Shown here: positions 1-9,559 of the stretch, piece by piece
How the letters are laid out: the number at the start of each line of letters is the position of its first letter
How positions within the stretch are numbered: the stretch's first letter is position 1
From: a virus
Lineage: Duplodnaviria; Heunggongvirae; Uroviricota; Caudoviricetes
Strand: one strand, 5' to 3'
Length of the DNA stretch: 64,000 nt
IMG/VR virus record: IMGVR_UViG_3300028800_000057
Notes under the pieces: generated by a model
The model's database searches: none
What the model saw: the letters and a program-made list of their open reading frames with translations, nothing else
Told to the model about the DNA's origin: nothing
Program-made: the position numbers and the translations under genes

Positions 1-494
1 AGGGCTACTATACAGTAGTCTACTACCGTGACGCAGATGAAGCTGAGACTATTGCCCTGACTGCCAAGGAAGCTGCTACTAAGGAAACTAAGGAAACCGC
101 TGAGAGAGCCGCCAAAGAAGCGATTGAGTCTGCCGAGAAGACCGCGCGGGCTCCCCTTGAAGGTCTGATCCGAAGTGACTCTCTCGTTACCCCACAAGGA
201 GTCAAGACTCAGGTAGCCCCCACCTACAAGAACAGCTATGGCCAGAGTGTAAACATCAGCAAGATTGAACTGAGTGATGGTCGAGTGGTCTACCACGAGA
301 GCATGTACTTATTCGACGATGGCCGAGAGTATATCTGGGCATCAGAAGAAGTTCTTGCTAGTCTGTACGAGGAACGACTTGCTGAGCACCCCATCAGCCT
401 AGAAGAAGCTCAAGAGTATCTGAGTAAGTACTCGGGTTGCTACGGGGCCGCCATCTACAAGTACGTGGTAGCACGGGCTGCTTCTCAGGTATGA
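1..494 (+). CDS. hypothetical protein, 5' truncated at window edge (frame continues from nt 3; includes track ORF 285..494)
   Basis: open frame from window start to TGA at 492-494; E/K/A-rich N-terminal part. Confidence 0.45.
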   Translation, partial: GYYTVVYYRDADEAETIALTAKEAATKETKETAERAAKEAIESAEKTARAPLEGLIRSDSLVTPQGVKTQVAPTYKNSYGQSVNISKIELSDGRVVYHESMYLFDDGREYIWASEEVLASLYEERLAEHPISLEEAQEYLSKYSGCYGAAIYKYVVARAASQV

Positions 495-1006
495 CCCTCA
501 CGACCCGCTCAGTACTTTACAAGGACGGTAAGCCGTTCGAGCCCTGGACGGGTCAAGTTGATCTGAGTACAACTGGGGGAGAGGTCCACGAGATTGAACT
601 CCCCGAGTGGCTCTCGACTGAGGAGTACTGCAAGACCTACCGCACGTGGAAGTACTTCTGGGGTCTCGGCGCCAATCCTGAGTGGCCCGAGAAGTGGCAA
701 CGTATTTTGGTCAGGAAGGGCTACAGTCCAGCGGATAGGCTCGCGTGCATCCAGCTACTCATGACCAAGAAGTTCAGGAGCAAGTTCCGTAGTGACCTCT
801 GTGCCCAGCTCAAAACCTGGCTGGAAGAGGAGCGTTATCCGCACCCGTTCTCGCCCAAGCAATGGGACAAGCTCGTCAATAAGTATGTGGTCTGGAGGGC
901 CGCCCAACTTGAGACTGCTCTCAATAGGGATCAAAGTTACTACGGGGTGCCCGGGGACAACCTAGAAGTGAAGGTTCTTGTTGAGAATCTGAAGACTCGC
1001 GCGTAA
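491..1006 (+). CDS. hypothetical protein (track ORF 437..1006; likely start at ATG 491 overlapping upstream stop)
   Basis: long ORF, ATGA start/stop overlap. Confidence 0.5.
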   Translation: MTLTTRSVLYKDGKPFEPWTGQVDLSTTGGEVHEIELPEWLSTEEYCKTYRTWKYFWGLGANPEWPEKWQRILVRKGYSPADRLACIQLLMTKKFRSKFRSDLCAQLKTWLEEERYPHPFSPKQWDKLVNKYVVWRAAQLETALNRDQSYYGVPGDNLEVKVLVENLKTRA

Positions 1007-1009
1007 TAG
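978..1009 (+). promoter_or_regulatory. conserved promoter-like motif copy 1 (TTGTTGAG-N15-GCGTAATAG)
   Basis: exact bipartite motif, 6 nt upstream of ATG 1016. Confidence 0.6.
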
Positions 1010-1015
1010 TAGAGT

Positions 1016-1312
1016 ATGGCGACTACCATCTACTTCTACACGAAACTCTGGGAAAACTCTGGCATTCACATAATAAGTACATCCGACAAGCCCGGTAGGG
1101 GAGGTACTCTTCTCATTCGAGGTACTCAGCCGGGTTCATCATACTGCATCCATTTGGGCAAGGACGCCTTCCTGACCATCGAAGAAGCTCGGGCTGATGT
1201 GGCCAAGCGATACGCAAGCGCGGTCAAGTCTGCAGAGAGAAAGCTTGCAAAGCTCCGGGAAATTGATCCGGCTAAGATAGTTCCAATCGAAGACCCTGTT
1301 GAAGAACTCTAG
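1016..1312 (+). CDS. hypothetical small protein
   Basis: ORF directly downstream of motif copy 1; gagtATG leader. Confidence 0.55.
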   Translation: MATTIYFYTKLWENSGIHIISTSDKPGRGGTLLIRGTQPGSSYCIHLGKDAFLTIEEARADVAKRYASAVKSAERKLAKLREIDPAKIVPIEDPVEEL

Positions 1313-1470
1313 GCTGATGAAACCGGCCACCAGGCGCACAAGGAAAGAAACCCATGGTTAAAATACGGTATTGGCCCGACGGAACCCGTCGGTTATATTG
1401 ACCTAGTAGAGGGGAAAATGCAAAACCAGACATGTTGGAGTTTATGGAAAAGCCTACTGCACCTTGATTT

Positions 1471-1502
1471 CAATTGAGATTCGCACTCCTCACGCGTAAT
1501 AC
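1471..1502 (+). promoter_or_regulatory. conserved promoter-like motif copy 2 (cAATTGAG-N15-GCGTAATAc)
   Basis: same spacing; shares 17-mer ACTCCTCACGCGTAATA with copy at 9185-9209. Confidence 0.5.
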
Positions 1503-1524
1503 CTTGTGAAAGGACAACGACCCC

Positions 1525-1728
1525 ATGCAACTAACCCCTTCTTACGGACGCGACTACACCAGCCAGAAAGCTGTTAAAGCTGACTGGGATGCCAACAAGG
1601 ACTTCACAATTGCTGATGTCTTTGGTGGCCAAGCGGGACGTCAGATCAACAAGCAGGATGCCCCAGCGGGTACCTACAACATCCGTTACAAGAAGTTGAC
1701 ACAGGTGTGCGTCATCGTGGTGAAGTGA
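1525..1728 (+). CDS. hypothetical small protein
   Basis: ORF downstream of motif copy 2. Confidence 0.45.
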   Translation: MQLTPSYGRDYTSQKAVKADWDANKDFTIADVFGGQAGRQINKQDAPAGTYNIRYKKLTQVCVIVVK

Positions 1729-2084
1729 TGAGCGCTATAGATCGACTAATCAAGATGGTTCATGGTACTACTCAGACTTCACAGGGTGCGTACGTTCAGC
1801 CTGGAACCTACGCCCCGGGAGAAGTCCCGGGCTATGCATTCTGTGAACCGGTCTATGCCAGTGCCAGTGGGCGCTGGCATATTCGAAAGGTCGAGGGGAG
1901 GCTCTACCTCGGTGGAGGAATCGACACACCTAGCCTATGCGGCAAAGTGAAACCCTTTGGTCCTGAGTATGGTGCGCTCGGAGGTTGGGATCTCAATGTC
2001 AAGATTACGGAACATCACCTTGGGCATTGCTGCCCGGATTGCGTCAAGGCTTACCAGGAGGCCGTCAGTGGAAACTCCAAGTAG
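1707..2084 (+). CDS. hypothetical Cys-containing protein
   Basis: ORF; HCCPDC motif. Confidence 0.45.
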   Translation: MRHRGEVMSAIDRLIKMVHGTTQTSQGAYVQPGTYAPGEVPGYAFCEPVYASASGRWHIRKVEGRLYLGGGIDTPSLCGKVKPFGPEYGALGGWDLNVKITEHHLGHCCPDCVKAYQEAVSGNSK

Positions 2085-2295
2085 TGGTATTCCAGGGAAC
2101 TACAAGTCAAAAGATCCCCGGGGATTCATTAGATTTATTCTGAGTAATCTAGCTCAGAAGTTCAAGGAGTTGGACTCGTCCTTGCAAGCCAATAGTCTAA
2201 ACCCTGGAATTTGTCAGGGTGTCACTGAACTGGCTGCCTTTCTGGAGAAGGAAGCAGCCCGTTTGCGCGGTATCATTCGAGACAACGGAGTGTGA
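2076..2295 (+). CDS. hypothetical protein (track ORF 1957..2295; likely GTG start at 2076 after AGGAGG)
   Basis: AGGAGG 6 nt upstream of GTG; overlaps upstream stop. Confidence 0.35.
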
Positions 2296-2897
2296 CTATG
2301 CCTGACCCAGTTGATAGCCGAGTCTCTAACGTACGAACCATCTTGGTAGGGGTTCTGCATCGAGCCAAGAACATAGAGTCGTTTTTGGCTGGTCAGGAGT
2401 TTGACAAGACCGTGCGTCAGGAGACCCTCCGGACCGCTAACTTCCTAGCTACCGAAGTAGAAAACCTGCGCAAGATAGTTCAGGACTATCACAATACTAA
2501 CAACACCAAGCGGAAGATTGGTGAGTGCTATGACTGTGGGTTTGATCACGATTGGTACATGGTCAAGAACGAGGTTTGGCTTCAAGCGTGGCCAGAGGAC
2601 TACCCCAAGTTGAGGACCAGGCTCATCTTGGAGAATCAGGGGCGACGGGTCTTCGTTAGCCTGTGTTACGAATGCCTTGAGAAACGACTTGGGCGGGTGC
2701 TCACTATCGACGACTTTGACCTCGGGATACCGATAAACAGTGGAGTTAGAATGGGCTTCAAGTTAGGACTACGCGATGAAATGGGATATAGACAAGGCAC
2801 TGGCGACATACGGTCAACCGGGAGTTCTGGTGGAGCACTCAATAGCTCGAATTCTACTAGCCAAGTACCTGTGGAAGCAACACAAGATCAAACCTAA
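2292..2897 (+). CDS. hypothetical zinc-finger protein
   Basis: CYDCG...CYEC Cys pairs. Confidence 0.5.
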   Translation: MTMPDPVDSRVSNVRTILVGVLHRAKNIESFLAGQEFDKTVRQETLRTANFLATEVENLRKIVQDYHNTNNTKRKIGECYDCGFDHDWYMVKNEVWLQAWPEDYPKLRTRLILENQGRRVFVSLCYECLEKRLGRVLTIDDFDLGIPINSGVRMGFKLGLRDEMGYRQGTGDIRSTGSSGGALNSSNSTSQVPVEATQDQT

Positions 2898-3144
2898 ACT
2901 GGATGCTGATTCAAAGGCGGATGCTGTTCTCTGTTGGAGCCTTGGCATCGGTCGTTGGGGGAGTCCCAAGCTGTTTGTTATTGCTCTAACCCTCAGGGAA
3001 GCTCACCTCCGATTGCGCAAAGTTCTCCTAGGTCTTAGTGAGGAGGACCAGCAACGCTATGGGGTTCAGACGCGACCGAGACGCCCCAAGCTTAGTCGGC
3101 GTGAAGCGAAGCGTATTATCAAGAGGCATGCAGTCAAGAAATGA
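2776..3144 (+). CDS. hypothetical basic protein
   Basis: ORF, K/R-rich C-terminus. Confidence 0.4.
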   Translation: MKWDIDKALATYGQPGVLVEHSIARILLAKYLWKQHKIKPKLDADSKADAVLCWSLGIGRWGSPKLFVIALTLREAHLRLRKVLLGLSEEDQQRYGVQTRPRRPKLSRREAKRIIKRHAVKK

Positions 3145-3407
3145 TTGTAGGTTGCTACACCCTCGACTTGTACTGTGACGGGGATCCCGATTGCAAGTAC
3201 TCAGTGAACAGCTCACCTGGTTGTAGCAACATGTCGGCTCAGTTTACTGCTGAGACCGGTGGTGAGTGTCGGCGCCAGGCGCGTGACGAGGGTTGGATTC
3301 TGAATTTAGAAGAGCAAACGACTGTATGTCCGAAATGTGCCAAGAAAGGGTTTCGTCCTGGGCCAGCTCCTGACCCGACAGACCATATTGAAGAAAGTGA
3401 TAAGTAA
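3141..3407 (+). CDS. hypothetical Cys-rich small protein
   Basis: ORF with CPKC. Confidence 0.4.
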   Translation: MIVGCYTLDLYCDGDPDCKYSVNSSPGCSNMSAQFTAETGGECRRQARDEGWILNLEEQTTVCPKCAKKGFRPGPAPDPTDHIEESDK

Positions 3408-3409
3408 TC

Positions 3410-3616
3410 ATGGATCTAGACACGTTCATCAAACAACTTCAGGACCTGAGATCCCAGAAGGGTAATCTGGATGTCTTCTACCTTGTCCACTCCGACACCG
3501 AGCAATATGGGGTTGATTCTGTAGTGGTGGCTACGGCTGATGAGGCCGTCGAGGAAAGGGTAGGTATCAAGGAAGGGACTGAATACATTCTCATTCAGAG
3601 TGAGACAGTCTGGTGA
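3410..3616 (+). CDS. hypothetical small protein
   Basis: ORF. Confidence 0.4.
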   Translation: MDLDTFIKQLQDLRSQKGNLDVFYLVHSDTEQYGVDSVVVATADEAVEERVGIKEGTEYILIQSETVW

Positions 3617-3622
3617 AAATTA

Positions 3623-3654
3623 TTGTTGAGGTTCAACCGGCTCATGCGTAATAG
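3623..3654 (+). promoter_or_regulatory. conserved promoter-like motif copy 3
   Basis: TTGTTGAG-N15-GCGTAATAG exact, 5 nt before ATG 3660. Confidence 0.6.
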
Positions 3655-3659
3655 CTGCC

Positions 3660-4205
3660 ATGGCACTCATTGAGACCCCTATCCATTGGCTTTGGTTGGC
3701 ACGCGGATCCGAGATCAACTTGAATCTCAGTCCAACAGGCCACGCCTTAATGGTACTAGACAACCACGAGAGAAGTATTGGAGAAGGAGGAAGAGTTCCC
3801 CTGAGGGTCCCCCTCATCTGGATTAGCACTAGACCTGAGGCGCATCCTTCGGTCGAAGGGCTCATAATGGGACACTTTCTTCGTCTGCTTGAGCGAGCAC
3901 GTCTGTTTGATCAAGCACGCGTGCTTCAGATGCGCACCCCTCACTTGTACGGGATCTTGAAGTCGAAGGGGCTGCGAGGGGGCGTGAGCAGTGGGGCTGA
4001 TGGATCACCGTTGACCGACTCAGCTGAGCTAGGGTTCGTCTGCTTGAGCCACACCCTATCCAACATCACAGGGTTTACCGTATTGTCACCAGGAAGGGTT
4101 GGTGACCTCTTGCTCCCGCACTATGTACAGGAGAACAACAACGAACCTGACCCCTCAGTGGAAATTACACGAGTGAGTAGGTACGAGAGAAAGTGGGTCA
4201 TCTGA
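3660..4205 (+). CDS. hypothetical protein with C-terminal SRYERKWVI tail
   Basis: ORF after motif copy 3; shared C-terminal motif family. Confidence 0.55.
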   Translation: MALIETPIHWLWLARGSEINLNLSPTGHALMVLDNHERSIGEGGRVPLRVPLIWISTRPEAHPSVEGLIMGHFLRLLERARLFDQARVLQMRTPHLYGILKSKGLRGGVSSGADGSPLTDSAELGFVCLSHTLSNITGFTVLSPGRVGDLLLPHYVQENNNEPDPSVEITRVSRYERKWVI

Positions 4206-4459
4206 TGGCCAAGCGTCGCGCGGGTATGGATAAGAGGCCCGGGATGTCCACATGGGATCATCAGCAAGCTGACAAATGGGTTCAGAAGTTCCTGGTACTC
4301 CTCGCCGAGAAGGGGCATAAGCCCGGGTTTCGATATGGCAAGAGTCTCTACCTGGACATGTTCGAGTTCTTCAGTCTAGTGTCGGCGGCCGTCGGCGGTA
4401 GCCCGATGGAGGTTGCTCTCGGGGTCGCTATCAGTGAACTGACCCGGGTAGAAGACTGA
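4193..4459 (+). CDS. hypothetical protein
   Basis: ORF. Confidence 0.35.
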   Translation: MGHLMAKRRAGMDKRPGMSTWDHQQADKWVQKFLVLLAEKGHKPGFRYGKSLYLDMFEFFSLVSAAVGGSPMEVALGVAISELTRVED

Positions 4460-4676
4460 GGTGGTTGTAGGAGCCGTCGTCGTTGGTGGTCCACCTCTGA
4501 CCCCTTCGACTATGATGAGGCTCCTGATGGTCCTTCTGGAGGCAGCAAGGGTCCATGTAGAAAGTGGCCGAGCACCGAGGATAGTGCTTGAGACAGAGTA
4601 GGCAAAATCCCGTGAAGCCTAATTCTGAGTACTCGTCTCGACACTCATGCTCGGTATGCTCAGGACACTTCATTGA

Positions 4677-4976
4677 CTACCCAGTCTGCTTGCGCTCAAA
4701 CATATTCCAGCTCGGGTCCTGCTCCGAGAGCGCGCGACAGCGCATGGTGGCGGCCAGCATATCAGGGATGGTGCGTGCCATCAAGGAGTCTTTCATTTCC
4801 TCTGGTAGCCCCTGGTACAGGGTGACGATCGATCTTGCCTCAGTTGAATTGACCAAGTAGCCCCTGACATGGGTAGCCTGCCTCAGCGCGACAGCTTCAA
4901 ACTCAACAATGATTTCAGCGTGGTCAGCCTTCGGTGGTAGAATGAATGTCCCTGATATAAAGTCCTTAGCTTCCAT
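4677..4976 (-). CDS. hypothetical protein
   Basis: ORF in minus block. Confidence 0.4.
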   Translation of the reverse strand: MEAKDFISGTFILPPKADHAEIIVEFEAVALRQATHVRGYLVNSTEARSIVTLYQGLPEEMKDSLMARTIPDMLAATMRCRALSEQDPSWNMFERKQTG

Positions 4977-5133
4977 GGTATCCCCTTTTCCCGGATGATA
5001 AGGTAAGTTACGCGCATGGCATAGTCGATCTCAACTACTTTCTTATGAAAAGTACTTCACGAGGCTATAATACTAGGCTCAAGTATCGTCAACCCTAGCA
5101 AGTAACAGGGTTTCTCCTAGGTATATTCAGACA

Positions 5134-5658
5134 CTACCACATGAGAAGATCTGATATCTCTCCAGCTTTCATCATAGCTAAGTTCTTGTTCTTGTAGCGA
5201 TAATCCCCAGTAACCTCCATAGCCCTATCAGCCCAGCGTGGGAGAACGAAGTTCTCGGCTTGCTCGATACTCTGAAACTCTATTTCTAGTAGTATCAGGC
5301 CGTCGAGGGTATCAAGAAAGGTGTCTACCTCGTACTTAGTCACCATCCTATCGGTGGTAAGCACGGTGCGGAGCTTACGCAGTGAGTACTTGCACTTGGG
5401 CCAAAGAGTATCGAATACCCACTGAGGGATCTCGGTCTCCCACTCGGGTCGTTCGAGGTCACCGTCACCCTTGACGGTCATGGTGTGGAGGATTCCGCTG
5501 CTCCGGCGCAACCTAAGTTCAGAGTCTGAGTCTAGGAGGTATCCCTGTTCGATCAGGACTGACTGGCTACCCTGAAGTTCCCCCGGAGCGAACTTCAGTC
5601 GAAACTTCCGCTCTATCTCAGTTCGAATATCTTCAGGTTCTCCGTTGGGCATGCCCAA
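5134..5658 (-). CDS. CYTH-domain protein (triphosphate tunnel metalloenzyme family)
   Basis: N-terminal EIERKF (ExExK) signature and acidic strand pattern typical of CYTH. Confidence 0.55.
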   Translation of the reverse strand: MGMPNGEPEDIRTEIERKFRLKFAPGELQGSQSVLIEQGYLLDSDSELRLRRSSGILHTMTVKGDGDLERPEWETEIPQWVFDTLWPKCKYSLRKLRTVLTTDRMVTKYEVDTFLDTLDGLILLEIEFQSIEQAENFVLPRWADRAMEVTGDYRYKNKNLAMMKAGEISDLLMW

Positions 5659-5679
5659 CGTACACCGAGTTCTCGGGTT

Positions 5680-6459
5680 TCAGATCCCGAGGGCCCGCTT
5701 GTGCTCGGGCCCTAAACCCGCTTCTTGCCCGCACCGATTGCACGAGCCCATTGTAAGTACCGCTTGGGTCAGCTCTTCATTGGTGCTGTCGACGGTCCCA
5801 ATGGGATAGCAGAATCGACTCTCACCGGCGACGACGGTCCCGTCATGGGATACCGAGGGGGTACAGAACCCGGACTTGCCCATCATCCCACGGACCCTCA
5901 AGGTCATGATCGCCGACGCAATCGACCTGGTCGAATGGGTGATGGATCTTAGGTTAAAGCTGCTTGGGGCAATACGTGGGTCAAGACCCTTAGGATCAAA
6001 CTTGGGACTCGCGGCTCGGCCGATGGTAGATAGAATGCAGAGCTTGTCTACGTAGATCACCTTCTTATGCTCGAACCTAGGTGGTTTGCGCGGATAGTAT
6101 CGCTCGTCGTTGGTGACCTGGATGAGGATGTTATCCCTCCACCATACATCGTCACGTAAGATTTGATTGCGGAGTTCCACATTGTCGAGCCAGAGCCCGT
6201 GGGTCAGGATTGTAACAATCCAATTCCGCTTGGCGACCATCTCGACCATCTCTACAATGCGAGGGTGGTCGGTGCACTCTCCGCCGGAGAGCATCATCAT
6301 CACCGGCATCTTCGCTTGAATAACCTGACACTCAACACGCTCTGTGAACTTGAGAGCCTTCTCGAAAAGTTCAATGGACATGTGCTCGCCTGCAGGGGTT
6401 GCATCCTCGAGACAGTGGCTACAGCCCATTGCGCAGTGTGAGGTTACTTTGATTAGCAT
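5680..6459 (-). CDS. radical SAM domain protein
   Basis: CAMGCSHC (Cx3Cx2C) near N-terminus and SGGECT (GGE) motif. Confidence 0.65.
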   Translation of the reverse strand: MLIKVTSHCAMGCSHCLEDATPAGEHMSIELFEKALKFTERVECQVIQAKMPVMMMLSGGECTDHPRIVEMVEMVAKRNWIVTILTHGLWLDNVELRNQILRDDVWWRDNILIQVTNDERYYPRKPPRFEHKKVIYVDKLCILSTIGRAASPKFDPKGLDPRIAPSSFNLRSITHSTRSIASAIMTLRVRGMMGKSGFCTPSVSHDGTVVAGESRFCYPIGTVDSTNEELTQAVLTMGSCNRCGQEAGLGPEHKRALGI

Positions 6460-6555
6460 CTTCGAGGATAATATCGTGGTGATGTGCCTATTGCAAGGGA
6501 TATCTGGCTTGGTTACTGGGTCAGATACTTTTAATCTTGGTGCTATATTGAGGTT

Positions 6556-7104
6556 GTGATAGGTTGTCCACCCATGCCCTCAAAGATAACGATACTCGTG
6601 ATACTTCCGGCGATTGCAACACTGATGCTGATCATTGGCTACGCTGGATCGAAGTCAATAGGAGTGGGGTCCCGTCCCGCCCCTGCTTGTCCGACTTGCC
6701 CGGTATGCCAAGACTACTCGGATGTCATGAAGACCATCAACACCTTGAGTCACCAGTTGGGGGTTGAGTCAGCTGGAAAGAAGGTCGATGAGATGGGCCA
6801 AGCCAAGTTTCAGGTTGGTCAGTATCAAAAGGTGGAGCAAGCTGAGGCTGACAAGGTAGAACTCCAGAAGTATCTGAGGAGTTGCGCCAAGGTCCCTACC
6901 GCGTGGTTCTGCTTTGATGGGCTACTTGATCGAATTGAAGTGGCAAAGGGTGCCTATTCGTATTTCCTAGTGATCAACAAGGTTACCATGCCTCAGTTGT
7001 TCGGTATCTGCAATTTCATGTGGTCAACCACCTCAATGGATCGGTGGGCTCGACACAACAACCATACCTGCAAAGAGTTCGACATTCATTACACAGAGCC
7101 CTAA
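6556..7104 (+). CDS. hypothetical membrane protein
   Basis: N-terminal hydrophobic segment ITILVILPAIATLMLIIGYAG. Confidence 0.45.
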   Translation: MIGCPPMPSKITILVILPAIATLMLIIGYAGSKSIGVGSRPAPACPTCPVCQDYSDVMKTINTLSHQLGVESAGKKVDEMGQAKFQVGQYQKVEQAEADKVELQKYLRSCAKVPTAWFCFDGLLDRIEVAKGAYSYFLVINKVTMPQLFGICNFMWSTTSMDRWARHNNHTCKEFDIHYTEP

Positions 7105-7366
7105 CTTATTGATGCGTACATCTTGGGTATGGCAGAGCTTAAGAGTAGCATACCCCCGCCGGTTGAAGCAGTTCGAGGCTTGTACATCAACCCAAAGATC
7201 TCACCCCCGAAGCCTGTGAGGATCATTCCGCAGGTGGCACCGATTGGAGTCAACAAGGCCCCACCGAAGAAGAGTGGTCGCCCCCGACGCTTCAATGCCA
7301 ACTTCAGTTGACGTCTTAGAGATCCCCCGGTACACTAGCCCCACTTTCAATCTGGATTCATTCTAT

Positions 7367-7395
7367 AAGGCTTTCGGAGATAATCCGAAAGCCTT
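7367..7395 (-). terminator. 12-bp stem hairpin (AAGGCTTTCGGA/TCCGAAAGCCTT) immediately 3' of minus gene 7398..7886
   Basis: perfect inverted repeat; no clear U-tract. Confidence 0.4.
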
Positions 7396-7397
7396 AG

Positions 7398-7886
7398 CTA
7401 TATGACCGGTGGGCGTTCGTATCGAGACAGATAGTTCCTTGGCCCAACGCTAATCTCACGAGGTAGTTTGATTTGTGGGTCTGACGTTATGTTCATGTAC
7501 TGAAAGTTGGCTTGGACATCAATCTGAGAATAGGCTACCCCGAGCTCTATGGTTGTGTATTCCCCGTTGATGAAGCCAACTATGTCGCCAAGCTCGTCAC
7601 GGACTGGAAGGGTAGAGTCGCACCCGAGACTGAAGATGACCCCGTGCAGGGTTCCGTGGAACATGTGTTGAACCCGACGTACTGCTGACTCCAGGTACTG
7701 AGTCACAACCTGCTCTAAGCTATCATCTATGGTCGCTCTGAAGCTCTGACTGGTAGGGTTGAGCCCGTCTCCGCCAGCCCATAGCGTGGTGTGGAAGTAT
7801 TCTGAAAAGGTGATGAACCTCCCATAGGTTGCGAAGGTTGGAACCTCGCCGAGGGGGATCTGGTACCAGTGAACAGGGACAATCAT
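7398..7886 (-). CDS. hypothetical protein with C-terminal SRYERPPVI tail
   Basis: ORF; shared C-terminal motif. Confidence 0.55.
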   Translation of the reverse strand: MIVPVHWYQIPLGEVPTFATYGRFITFSEYFHTTLWAGGDGLNPTSQSFRATIDDSLEQVVTQYLESAVRRVQHMFHGTLHGVIFSLGCDSTLPVRDELGDIVGFINGEYTTIELGVAYSQIDVQANFQYMNITSDPQIKLPREISVGPRNYLSRYERPPVI

Positions 7887-8073
7887 GAGCGCTCAACTGA
7901 CCTGTATTGGTGACATCTCCCTACTATTCTACACCAATTACAATAGCAGATCAATCACCGCTGTTGATACCCGTCAGGCCCAATGGTCTACTATTAGAAT
8001 GTAACTACTAACCCTACATACTTAATTTGCCCTTGGAAACGCGGGTATTCACCACCTCACCCCAGGGTTACCC

Positions 8074-8736
8074 TTGTATATGGCTGCAGAGGGCTATTTA
8101 GTTTCAATAAGCCCTAAGTTTTTGGTTGAGAACCACCATGCCTCGCACGTAATATCAAGTGTAAAGAGGTGGGACGTGACTACCAAGATTTTCTCCAGCC
8201 TGATTAGACTTGACAGCTCCACAGCCAAGAACAACTGCCATGAGGTGATGGCTACCCTGCACATCAACTTCTACCGGCAAGAGGCTCATACTAGAACCCT
8301 GACGGTTGATCTAAGGGCCGTCGAAGCGGAGTCTGAGTTCGTCAAGGTCCGTTTCTCGGGTTCGGTCAATCAGCGAGATCGCTCGGTGACTGGGCAGTGC
8401 ACGGATGAGATTCTGCGTTACTGGGGACACATCCCTGAGGTAGCTGAACTCTGTCGGCTCTGGGAGCGCTGGACTAGTAACGACAATAGGCTTGGAACCC
8501 GAGACCAGAATGCCGCTCTCGAAGGTGTGAGTGAGGTTGGTTTTGATGACTACGAGAAGTGGGTCAAGACCTACCTAATCGATGTGGGTCTCTACTGTGA
8601 CCACGGTTACATCTGGGGTTCTGACACTCTCATCGAAATCATACCTTCAGAGATCCTGTCGAAAATTGAGCAGGTGGTCGAGAGACTCAAGACTCTTATG
8701 CCAACCTTTGAGATGAAGGAATGCGTAAATGCCTGA
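8074..8736 (+). CDS. hypothetical protein, paralog of 10785..11336 (WGHIPEVAELCRLWERW motif)
   Basis: shared 17-aa near-identical motif with minus-strand paralog. Confidence 0.55.
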   Translation: MYMAAEGYLVSISPKFLVENHHASHVISSVKRWDVTTKIFSSLIRLDSSTAKNNCHEVMATLHINFYRQEAHTRTLTVDLRAVEAESEFVKVRFSGSVNQRDRSVTGQCTDEILRYWGHIPEVAELCRLWERWTSNDNRLGTRDQNAALEGVSEVGFDDYEKWVKTYLIDVGLYCDHGYIWGSDTLIEIIPSEILSKIEQVVERLKTLMPTFEMKECVNA

Positions 8737-9184
8737 ACCCCTTAGAAAACCAGCGATGGGGTTGAACAGCAATCTATCCCGAGATGGGGTTGAGTACTAT
8801 GTTCAGACTGAGGATCTCCCCAGTAAGTCCAAGATCACGACCCAAGTGTTCGTCGACGGTGGGGTGGTTGTCTATACTGATCACTACGACTACAGCGGGC
8901 ACCTGGGAAGTACTGACCTGAGCAGTTGCCTCATCAAGGTAATGCGTGCGTGCCACCAAAAGACCGTCGTGGGGGTTCAGAAGGGAACACTCGAGTCCGC
9001 CCCAACCAGACAATCAAAGATTTGCCCTGCCCCTGCTCCCCCTAAAGCTAAACCTAGAAGCCCCTCTGATGTTTGGGACTCCTTGGTGAAGGAAGCGCAC
9101 CGGAGAAACATGAGACTTCGAATGTCGACCAGACCGCCTCCGGCCTGGGACACCATCGTTGAAAACCTGAGAAGATCAGGTTGA
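8729..9184 (+). CDS. hypothetical protein
   Basis: ORF. Confidence 0.45.
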   Translation: MPEPLRKPAMGLNSNLSRDGVEYYVQTEDLPSKSKITTQVFVDGGVVVYTDHYDYSGHLGSTDLSSCLIKVMRACHQKTVVGVQKGTLESAPTRQSKICPAPAPPKAKPRSPSDVWDSLVKEAHRRNMRLRMSTRPPPAWDTIVENLRRSG

Positions 9185-9209
9185 GAAACCTACTCCTCAC
9201 GCGTAATAG
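9178..9209 (+). promoter_or_regulatory. conserved promoter-like motif copy 4
   Basis: aGGTTGAG-N15-GCGTAATAG. Confidence 0.55.
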
Positions 9210-9514
9210 TGAACATGATCTACCCAAAGCAACCGAATCAGGAACCAGAAAACTTCTCAAAATGGATGGGCTTCGAAGTCAAACCATCGGAGTACTACCC
9301 GGGCAAGGTATTCGTAGCAACCAACGAGCGTGGGCTAGCCATACTGGAAGCCTGCTATGATGGAATCTACTGGGCGGCCAAGATTCGAATCGATGACAAG
9401 TTCGTTGGTCAGGCCATGTCCATGGATCGCTCGACGGCAAGACGTGAGGCTGAACGAAGGCTTGCTGATGATATGGCCAAGGATCCGGACGCTCTGACCG
9501 TCATGTCTCACTGA
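9209..9514 (+). CDS. small protein with dsRBD-like C-terminal motif (likely ATG start at 9215)
   Basis: G.AMSMDRSTARREAERRLA resembles GxGxSK..AK..AA..AL. Confidence 0.45.
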   Translation: MNMIYPKQPNQEPENFSKWMGFEVKPSEYYPGKVFVATNERGLAILEACYDGIYWAAKIRIDDKFVGQAMSMDRSTARREAERRLADDMAKDPDALTVMSH

Positions 9515-9559
9515 CATTCTTGCACTACTTAACTCAGCTGTTATCACTGGAGATACGAC

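Noticed and set aside
978-1009. Interpreting the conserved motif as an ordinary sigma70 promoter (TTGAGA-17-TAATAG)
   Set aside because: It is possible but not adopted as the sole explanation. The -10 match is poor and conservation spans about 32 nt, suggesting additional factor recognition. It is left as an open alternative.
1313-1477. In-frame open stretch after the TAG of ORF 1016..1312 (possible read-through)
   Set aside because: A 52-codon open stretch has about 8% chance by composition. It overlaps promoter copy 2 and shows no protein-like features.
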